Assembly: GCF_006345805.1 (NCBI RefSeq)
Contig: NW_021828094.1
Span: forward strand, 1 to 35,664
Length of the DNA stretch: 35,664 nucleotides
Direction of reading: 5' to 3'
Origin: Octopus sinensis
Taxonomy: Eukaryota
In this document: piece by piece, positions 11,146 to 19,859 of the stretch
How the letters are laid out: the number at the start of each line of letters is the position of its first letter
Position numbering within the stretch: the first letter of the stretch is position 1
Made by a program: the position numbers and the translations under genes
The notes under the pieces: generated by a model
Told to the model about the DNA's origin: nothing
Seen by the model: only the letters and a program-made list of their open reading frames with translations
Databases searched by the model: none

Positions 11146-12468
11146 TCAACAAGCATGGTTGGGTGTCCATGGCCCCAAACTGGCAGATGCATAGTAGTCC
11201 ATTGGATAGTCCTCCCGCCACGGGGTTGTCCCAACAGCCACCATTCCTTCGTAGGGAGTCAACAGTGGTTTGTCATAAGCACGAGCCCAGTCAATGGAAA
11301 GACGAGGACAGGCAACCTGTACCCATCTGGGAATGCACATGACAAACATACGCGTCAATAGCATCCCCGAAATGTGCCATTCGTGTGGGCGACAGTTCTG
11401 ATATAAGCACAAGGACGAACGACCGACGAGCCTTTTCGAAGGTCTGTGCCAAACATTGCAGCACTTTGAGTGACCCTTGTCTCCCTAAAGTACCCAGAAC
11501 TAGCCCAAAAGTATGTGCGGATGAGGCCAATTCAATATCCTTCCCACGGACACTCATCATTTGAGCATAGTCATAATATTCCCGTGTGAGTGTGCGAGTA
11601 TAGGGACTGTAACTACAAGAAATCAACCCACCCAACTTGTAGAGGGGAAGTCTCGGGTTAGCAATCATGAGAGCCTCGCTGTGGAATCTTCCATCGCCCA
11701 CATAACTGGAAATGAGTGGAGGACTGACATGATTAGATCCAAGTCCTCCAATCGAGGGGCAGTACAGCCGAGTACTTCACACGAGGAAAGAGGCTTCTCT
11801 CTGGGCAGGACAATATTATAGAGAGGCAGACAAGTCTTTAACTCCTAAAAATCATAAGCCGATAAGACATGAAGGCTTTTAATGAACTGGACTGTGCTCA
11901 TCACAGCAATCCTCTCTCGGGGACTGAAATTGGCTTGAAGAGTGTCCACCAAGTGGGCAATATCGAAAGCAATGTCCACAAACACATACAGCAGACGAAC
12001 AGACGACATTTGACTGACGGAGACTAGAGTGGCCAAACATATCCCACCCAGACAACTGTGGCCGTAATGAACCAGCAGATCCACGCCTAAGGACTCGGCA
12101 GTCAAGTCATCCACACAGCAGGCTCCGTAGATCACATCAGCCATTATAATTACACTCACTCCGGGGGAGAACCTGCACTCCATTAGCTTACAAACCGTTC
12201 GAGGATATCCACAATCGTACAGGCAAAGAGGAATAGTCCTTCCGGCATTTGTAAGGCCACTGTCCGGGCTGATAGTTCTCTTATTCGCCAGAGTGTCTTC
12301 TCTATTTCAAAGTTGTAGTTTTCGGGTAGCTATCGTTAGTGGTGGGGATACTGTTTTTATGGCTTCTTGAAGGGCCTTGTTGTCTTGAATGTCTCTGGGC
12401 ATGCAACGCCGGCCTCGATGTCTTCGAATATTCCCCACTTTTTCCACACTCACTTCAAAATTGCTCAT
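11146..12468 (-). CDS. DPH1: Diphthamide biosynthesis protein 1, 8 exons
   Basis: [96 protein letters not shown]; seven GT-AG introns of 22-25 nt (e.g. 12330-12351, 12173-12195). Confidence 0.96.
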
Positions 12469-12520
12469 ATTGTCGATTCCCACTAGACCAATTAATATTT
12501 AAAATTTAAATATTTTATTA
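12469..12520. promoter_or_regulatory. Putative bidirectional micro-promoter between DPH1 and NTHL1
   Basis: Only 52 bp between the divergent ATGs; contains the inverted repeat AATATTTAAA-A-TTTAAATATT (12494-12514). Confidence 0.5.
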
Positions 12521-13256
12521 ATGAAACAGAATGAAGTGTGGTGGCACCAGTATAACGGGATTGTCAAAATGAGGTCCTCGATAACCAGTCCAGTGGACAC
12601 AATGGGATGTCACATGCTCGGGGATAAAAGAGCATCCCCCAAGGATTTCCGCTATCAAACCCTCATTGGAGCCATGCTCTCCAGTCAAACCAAAGACCAA
12701 GTGACAGCCCAGGCAATGGACAACCTCAGGACTAGTTTGGCCAAAGTGGATGTCGAGAATGTGTCCAAACTGACCAAATCAGCCTTATCCAACATAATAA
12801 AACCAGTCGGCTTTTTCAACGTAATTATCCTGACTAGAAGAAGGCAGAATATATTCTGAGAGTGACGAATGTGATCAAGCAAGAGGGGGACATTCCAGAC
12901 ACATTGGACGGTCTCTGCAAACTCCCAGGCGTGGGCAAGAAAATGGCCAATTTAGTCATGAATATTGCATGGGGAAAAAACGTGGGGATAGCTGTGGACA
13001 CACACGTGCATAGAATTGTCAATCGACTTGGATGGTTTGGAGGAGGTTGTGCAAATCCGGAAAAGACACGTCGACTGTTGGAAGCAAATATGCCCAGGTA
13101 TTTGTCCAGGTTGAGTGAAGAGAGCATTGGGGGCAGATTAATGCTGTTCTCGTAGGCTTTGGGCAGTCCATTTGCACGGCCATTTCTCCAAAGTGTCATT
13201 TGTGTGCTGTTTCTGCTCTTTGTCCTTATTTTTCCCTTAATAATAAAGATTTATGA
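12521..13256 (+). CDS. NTHL1: Endonuclease III-like DNA glycosylase/AP lyase, 3 exons
   Basis: [18 protein letters not shown], HhH motif [22 protein letters not shown], 4Fe-4S motif [17 protein letters not shown]; introns 12821-12837 (17 nt; or 20 nt to 12840) and 13098-13120 (23 nt). Confidence 0.96.
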
Positions 13257-13327
13257 AGTTTGCTACAAAAATGAATTTGATTATATCGAAATCTATTTAT
13301 TAGTCATTTTGGAAAAATTTTAATTTG

Positions 13328-13350
13328 TTAATAATGTCAGTTAATAAATT
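13328..13350. repeat. Left arm of a perfect 23-bp inverted repeat
   Basis: TTAATAATGTCAGTTAATAAATT is the exact reverse complement of 16403-16425. Confidence 0.95.
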
Positions 13351-13398
13351 ATGGTCCATATAACCGGTGTGCTGTGGTGTGATTAACGGAAACCTCAG

Positions 13399-16378
13399 AT
13401 GGTAAATAAAGAACGAAGCGAAGACGAAGCACGAGGAACAAAGCCACTGAGGACAACTCGGGCATGTCTCTTTTGTGGGCAGTCGAATATCAGGAAATTT
13501 GGAATTAACTGCACGCCATGTGAATCATTCGCCCATTTGGGCTGCATAAAAATGAGCAAAGCCTGCGCCGAGACGCTGTCAAGCTGGCAGTGCCCCCCTT
13601 GTATTGGAAACGAGGTCCCCAGGCGGGAAACAACAGCCCAGCCAAACTTTACATCACCACATACTGACCACATTCTCTTGAAGATCTCGAACCTCCGGAA
13701 AGCCAGGAAAATCCCAGTAAAAATCCCAAAAGGAGCACGTATTGCCGCAGCAACGTGCCTCTCAGACCTCATTGACAACGCACTGTCCTCTGACAGCTGG
13801 GAATCCTGGCTAAAACTTATATGCTTCGCACCTGTTGCACTCGGAACACCTACAACGGAATCTGATAACCAGAGTAAAGAAACAAACCCCCGGCTAAACT
13901 TAACCGGGAAACTGAAAGGAAGAATATTGAATTACGGCAGTCATAGCATACACGCAATACTTGAACAGCCACTTATTGCCAATGCGGTCAAAACCAGAGG
14001 AGCATTCACCAAAGATGCCCCCAACAAACTGAAGGAGCGAGTGAATCGGAAACTTCTGGAGGGCGATGTGCGGGCAGCCCTACGGGTTATCACGTCCGAT
14101 GACACCGTGCTGTCTAGCACCCCCGAGGTCCTGAATACCTTAATTCAGAAGCACCCAAGTGCACCGAGTGATTATGTAAAGTTCTCGAATCCTGAAGGAA
14201 CCCAAGAGATTATGATTACCGAATCAGAAGTGCGGCGCGGAATCGCTTCCTTTGCCGCTAGCAGCAGCGGAGGCTTGGATGGGTTACGCCCCGGCCATAT
14301 CAAGGACCTAACGTCCACCTACACCTCGGAAGCAGGACGCTGTCTTGTTAAATCGATCACGGACCTAATAAGGAAAATGGTGAATGGCGACATCCCGGAG
14401 TATGCCAGAGAATTGCTCTTCTCCGCAAGGCTACTCGCGTTCAAAAAACCCAACGGAGGAATCCGCCCCATTGCGGTCGGAAACTATTTCAGAAGACTCG
14501 CAGCGAAGATTGCTTCGACCCTCGTGAGCCGCCCACTCGGTGCGGAGTTCTTCCCAGAACAAATGGGTGTTAGTATCCAGAACGGATGTGAGGCAGCGGT
14601 TCATGCGGCAAGGCGTTTCTTCACACAGAAGATACTGCAAACGAATGCATTGGAATCAAATTGGACATAACCAATGCATTCAATTCTCTCAGAAGAGACT
14701 CCATTATGGAAACGTGTTGGAAGAGGGCTCCCATGCTTTTCCCTCTTGTTAAATTGTCATACGGAGAAGATACGTCTCTGGTTTTTGATGATGAAATCAT
14801 CAAATCAAAAACTGGTGTCCAGCAGGGAGATCCGCTCGGACCCCTCTTATTTGCCCTGACAATTGATGATGTTGTGAGATCAATTGACGCACAACTAAAT
14901 CTCTGGTATCTCGACGATGCCACAATTGGAGGATCATTCGAGGAAACATACAATTCTTTACGTCAAGCACTTCCCGCATTAAAACACTTGGGATTGGACA
15001 TCAATATTAACAAATCAGAGTTAATAAATGTCTCATACTCAAACACCGACTTTCTCTCTATCAAGGAGTTTTTCAACGAACTGCTTCCCGGGATCCCGAC
15101 TGTGCCAGTTGATAAACTATATTTCCTTGGATGTCCACTCAGTGAAGACGAACTCAGGAACCATCTACTTTCTAAAAATGAAGAATTGTCTCGCCTCGCA
15201 AAAAGATTGTCATGCCTCGACTCTCACACATCCTTCTTCCTGATGAGAAACAACATCGGACTACCCAAGCTTTTATACCTACTGCGAAGTTCACCCTGCC
15301 ACGAACATTACGACAGTCTACTTTCGATAGACAAATCTCTCAAACAAACTGTTGAGTCACTAATCAACGTCCGCTTCGACGAACTCGGTTGGAAGCAATG
15401 TAAGCTTCCCTCTGGATTTGGGGGTGTCGGTCTAAGATCGGCGCTGGAGGTCGCGTACCCGGCATATCTTTCGTCTCTCTCAAGCTGCAACCATTTGACA
15501 CGGCAAGTCCTTCGTCACACTATTGGACTTCGCTGGAATGAGTCATTTGATGAAGCTTGCCGGGATTGGAACGGGTCAGGACTCAAAATCCCCGAAGACA
15601 CAACGAAACAAAGGAACTGGGATAACATTGTCTGCTCCAAATTTCAGAAGGGCTTAAAAAAGAAGCAAATCAACATCGCCTTGCTTGCCTGGTGTCAGCC
15701 TCAAGTGGAGGGAGCGGAGCATGGCTTGGTGCAATCCCTTGCCCAAATCTCGGGACTTTTTTGGACGACGATTCTTTGAGGATTGGAATCGGACAAAGAC
15801 TTGGACTAGACGTTTGCCAGGAGCACCGATGCCGCTGCGGGAAAACGGTCGATGCGAAGGGATTGCACCCGCTATCCTGCAGGAGATCCGCCGGAAGAGG
15901 ACCACGTCACGCCGCTCTGAACGACGTGATCGTCAGAGCTCTGAAGGCTGCAGGCTTCCCAGCACAGCTTGAACCAGTGGGTCTCGATCGAGGTGATGGA
16001 AAGAGACCTGACGGGATGACTCTTTTCCCTTTCAACTCCGGACGATCTTTGGTCTGGGACGCAATTTGCGTCGATACTTACTCAAGCACGAATCTCCTTA
16101 AATCGGTTCAGACACCTGGAGCAGCTGCCTCAATCGCGGAAAACCTTAAAACCAAAAAATATTCCTTCCTCGGGGACCGCTACAGATTCACCCCTGTTGC
16201 GGCTGAGTCATCAGGAGCTGTTGGCCCAGCGACTGCCGAGTTCTTGCGCGAACTCGGAAGAATGCTCGCCACAAAGAAAAATGATCCTCGTGAAGGAGTA
16301 TGGCTAAGACAAAGGATCGGAATAGCCATACTCCGAGGGAACTCGCTTTCCATACAGGCAGCGGGCTTCCTCAATTGA
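13399..16378 (+). CDS. Retrotransposon polyprotein (~990 aa) broken by two 1-nt deletions (~14653, ~15660)
   Basis: ORFs 13399-14670, 14661-15779 and 15692-16378 join into one PHD/RT/Zn-knuckle/RLE protein if one base is restored at each junction; no in-frame stops within the three segments. Confidence 0.85.
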
Positions 16379-16402
16379 TTTCTCAAATCAATCTCTTCTC
16401 TG

Positions 16403-16425
16403 AATTTATTAACTGACATTATTAA
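16403..16425. repeat. Right arm of the 23-bp inverted repeat (in the retroelement 3' UTR)
   Basis: AATTTATTAACTGACATTATTAA; 23/23 complementary to 13328-13350; mismatches immediately outside both ends. Confidence 0.95.
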
Positions 16426-16489
16426 TAATGAAAACACTAGTCATCTGAAAAAAAAAAAAAAGTTTAAAGAAATAACATTTAATAGAAAA

Positions 16490-16606
16490 TTGTACGACAC
16501 TGTTTGTTCCCAGGCGTCACCCAGCCAAGTACTAGAACAGCCTGTAAATCGCTTACTGCCGTGTTCGGATGGGAACGGTATTTACGACTAAGCATGATCG
16601 TGCGAT
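16490..16606 (-). rRNA. 5S: 5S rRNA gene (divergent, or a slightly degenerate copy)
   Basis: Minus strand ATCGCACGATCATGCTTAGTCGTAAATACCGTTCCCATCCGAACACGGCAGTAAGCGATTTACAGGCTGTTCTAGTACTTGGCTGGGTGACGCCTGGGAACAAACAGTGTCGTACAA has the 5S hallmarks CCCATCCGAAC, AAGC and TAGTACTTGGxTGGGTGAC..CCTGGGAA; helices TAGTCG/CGATTTA and CTGTT/AACAG pair; followed by a TTTT Pol III terminator (16486-16489). Confidence 0.87.
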
Positions 16607-17099
16607 AATGACACATTTATTTAAACAGAATAAAATAAATTTGATTGTTCCTGTTCAATTAACAAGAAATCATTTTTAGCTGAAATTTCGATTTCATCAT
16701 TTCAAAATTTACAGCATGTGGAAATCAAATAAATTAGAAATGCGACTCTTTATCTAATGAGCTAATTAATTTATTTTTCATGAAACAGTGAAAATAGTAC
16801 CTATTATTAAAATTTTTCAAGATTTTGATAAAAGATCTTACGAATTCCCAGCTACAATTAATGAAATAGATATCCACATGTCATATAACGTTTGGAGTCT
16901 GAAATTAAGACTCCGACATTTAAGGAATTAGTAGCTTTTTTAAATAGCCTTTTTATAGAAAGATTTCGCGAATCGAAATGATAGCTTGTTCTACGCGCGA
17001 GTAACAAGGCCGGTTAAAAAGACTGACCGGAATGATAGTTGAGATTACGGCATGAGACACTTATGTGCTTATGACAATCGGAAGTGCTATTAACTAACT

Positions 17100-17574
17100 A
17101 ATGATAATTCGATTTTTTGGATCGCACTCAATAAGATGTAATAGGATTTCAATGTCTGTTTTTCTGAAGCTTTCTATGACGCCGGAATCAGAAATCCTAT
17201 CAGCAATTCCATATTTTTTGAATTTTCGGAAAAAATCTCTGATTGTCGATTTTAAAGTATTTAGATGTTTTGCGATATCTTTTATCGTCCAATTAACTCA
17301 AAAAGAGCAAGGATCTTTCCTTAATTATTGCATTTAACATTTGCTTATAAAACTTAAATTCAACAATAAAATATCATTCAATAAATCAAATCGGTTTTTT
17401 ATTCACACGCAAAAATTTAATCTTCAAAATTTTAAACGATTAATGAAATTTTGTATAAAACAAAAAAAATTATAAATCTAATAAACTCCAAAGAGTTCAA
17501 TTCAGTTGGAAAATTGAATGCTATCTGCCAAAAAACTTAGTAACTGCAAAACCGGTTTTTTTTCACCAGCACTG
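17100..17574 (-). mobile_element. Truncated Tc1-like element (one TIR plus transposase HTH remnant)
   Basis: TA-CAGTGCTGGTGAAAAAA end at 17574; minus-strand KDIAKHLNTLKSTIRDFFRKFKKYGIADR resembles the Tc1 N-terminal HTH; no second TIR found. Confidence 0.6.
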
Positions 17575-17939
17575 TACTATTGTTTGATCAGAATTTCCTC
17601 GGGACGACAAGACCAGATGCAGTTCAAACTTTGAGGGCAAAATAAAATTCAATCATTTCGAAATATTCAGCAGATGGAAAAGACAGAATTCACAAAAAAA
17701 ATAGTAGCAAGGAATAATGTCTATAAATGAGAAGATGATCACAATTTGTTGATTTTTTTCTCTGCTGTACTTATCTCTATCTGCTCCCCTAAAAAGTTAA
17801 AAAACGTTTAAACATACCATCAACTGACATTTATTGTGGGGTTTCAATAACTGGATGTTTTTTAGGCGGACATTCTTCGATAATTGTGACATCAATTGAA
17901 GGTAGGAAGTATATTTTTTTCTCTATATATGTTTTTTAC

Positions 17940-18110
17940 GTACTATAAATGTTCTTGAACTCTGTGCCGTTCTCCGATTGCAAATATTTACATGGGCCGT
18001 ACTCCATAAAAATTTCTTCTAGTTTTTTGATCACTTCAAAATTACTTTTATTTAGATTTTCAAACAAAATATTATTAGATCGACTTGAAATATCTGATTT
18101 ATTGAACAGA
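17940..18110 (-). mobile_element. rve integrase core remnant (Ginger/KRBA2-like)
   Basis: Minus-strand pieces IFQVDLI and EVIKKLEEIFMEYGPCKYLQSENGTEFKN match the xQxDL and LQSDNGxEF integrase motifs. Confidence 0.55.
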
Positions 18111-18589
18111 ACAACGAGTAATGTTTAATTTTTAATTAATGCTTCTTTTCTCATTGATTCTCTTCTTTTTCCAGGCAAAGCCAATCTCTTCGATGGGCCA
18201 CTCATCCATGTTGGAAAATGATTCGTTATTTCCTCTCCGAGTTTGTACCTGCCGATTATTCATTAAATGTACTATTTCAATACGATTCGTAAATACACCC
18301 AACATTAAGGTGTTGAAAAGAGCGAAGTCTAACCTGGTGAATGGAGAATCTACCCGTACATAATTTGCAAGAGAGAAAGTCACGTACTTAATCGACAACT
18401 TTCTCGCATCAACAAGCAGATCCAAAAATCCTTTGAGATCCAAAATCCCGATCCGGACGGATTTGCCATTCAAGAGGTATCCGGTAGAGATCAAACGAAC
18501 TACACAATTTCCCTCCTCTTCTCGGGATTTTAAAACTTCCAAGAAGATGCGATCCAGCGCCTATCGCGCGACTAAATGTCAGGAAAGAA

Positions 18590-18900
18590 CAGCATCAAAC
18601 GAGATACTCTCCAGAGTTATCTTAAGAACAGCTGACTGCCAATATGTCTGTAACGACTTATCTACACCCAATGTGGTATTTAGTGATCAGTCCATCCCAT
18701 GTCATCACACACAAAATGATATGGACTTTAGTGAATCAGCCCTAGCTCGCTTCCTCCTTTTACTGTCTGCAACAGTCCAGGCACGTGATTTCACCTCCAC
18801 GATAACGATTTCCGTGGTGTCCTTTTCGTGGACCACAATATCGAGTAACAATCGATGTGCTTATTGGGGTATCCACCTTAATGCAGACCTTCGATATTTT
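18590..18900 (-). mobile_element. C-terminal RLE endonuclease remnant of an R4/NeSL-like non-LTR retrotransposon
   Basis: Pieces DIVVHEKDTTEIVIVEVK, VMTWDGLITKYH and LKITLESISFD match the PD..IEV..(Y)VMTWDG..TLESISF C-terminus of RLE retroelements; stops and frameshifts present. Confidence 0.65.
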
Positions 18901-19299
18901 ACACTCCGATGTTTCTGTTGACTATTGAAAGAAATTCCTATCCTTGACTATTGAAAGAAATAGAAATTCCCAAAGGGTAAACCAGTTAATCATAATCCCC
19001 GATACATTTTGCAAGCGACGAAGATCCTCCGGAAAAGTTTGATCCTGCAGAAAGTGATCGACTTGAGAAGACGATGTTCCCTGGGTCTAGAGGTCTTTTT
19101 TCGGTGGGTATTAAGTGCCCCCTGAACTTTTAGAAATCAAATTGAAAGATCCGAAATTTCCAACTGACTTGGTGAACCCAAACTCCACGTTAAGGTCTGG
19201 AAAGGTGGGAGATCTCCACTCAACAACTGTGTCATCCCACAAAGACTCGTCAACTCACGGGTAAGGAAACGTTAGCCAGAATTGACCCCACCTAGAAAG

Positions 19300-19403
19300 T
19301 GGCCTCATTGGGATTCGAACCTACAACGGCAATAGCAAACTCTTCAGCCATTGGCGTTGATAACGACAATATGTGGGTTGCCCAGGCTGCTAAAAAGAGT
19401 TTG
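19300..19403 (-). ncRNA. Possible Pol III / tRNA-derived structured element (SINE head?)
   Basis: B-box-like GGTTCGAATCC (~19312-19322, minus strand), A-box-like TAGCAGCCTGG upstream, and multiple predicted stems; not a complete cloverleaf. Confidence 0.3.
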
Positions 19404-19859
19404 TGTTAATATTTATTTTTAATACTTTTGAACTGATATTTTAAAAAATCAAATGCTTAATCAGGAACTATGTCAAGAATTCGCATTAAATAACTTTATT
19501 ATTGCAATATAAATTAAGTTTAATGGTGAGTCATGTTTCGTAATTCTTCCACTTATCTTTTGTCCCAAATGTTTTCAATCAATTACACGAAAAGTTAGGA
19601 AAAATAGAAATGGTTTTTACAAATCATGAGGAATCATATCAGCAAAATGAACTTACAATTAGTCTGAGCATTTGATAAAAGATCACTTTTAATGATCTTT
19701 TTGCTCCAATCGAATATGTAAGAACCTGAAATTAATTTCGGCACAACAAACCTAAATTACTGATATGTAACAAATCTTTAAATATGAATAATTAATTTAT
19801 TTCTTTTAACGACAATTTTAAATAAGTAAATATTTATTAATTAAATAATCTTTTCCATC

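Larger units (their letters stand above)
13328..16461 (+). mobile_element. Full-length CRE-clade-like non-LTR retrotransposon (PHD-RT-CCHC-RLE) with poly(A) tail
   Basis: RT motifs FKKPNGGIRPIAVG, KLDITNAFNS, GVQQGDPLGPLLF, WYLDD; CCHC CRCG..VDAKGLHPLSC; RLE RHAALND...KRPDG...LVWD; ~70-nt 3' UTR then A14 (16448-16461). The 5' boundary is inferred from the inverted repeat. Confidence 0.9.

Noticed and set aside
13256-16490. Insertion into a spliced-leader RNA gene, as for trypanosomatid CRE/SLACS
   Set aside because: No recognisable SL exon, GT donor plus Sm-site arrangement in either flank; the SL sequence of this organism is unknown to me.
13250-16500. Target-site duplication around the CRE-like element
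   Set aside because: The sequence after the poly(A) (GTTTAAAGAAATAAC) has no direct match upstream of the 5' end; only the inverted repeat is present.
16894-17030. Short hairpins (GGAGTCT/AGACTCC, CTTGTT/AACAAG, CCGGT/ACCGG) near the 5S gene as an ncRNA
   Set aside because: Stems are only 5-7 bp, there are no promoter boxes or Sm site, and the region lies next to a decayed Tc1.
18132-18542. 136-aa minus-strand ORF, or a plus-strand spliced RA-domain-like gene
   Set aside because: Both strands give plausible but unrecognisable peptides; strand and product cannot be assigned without a search.
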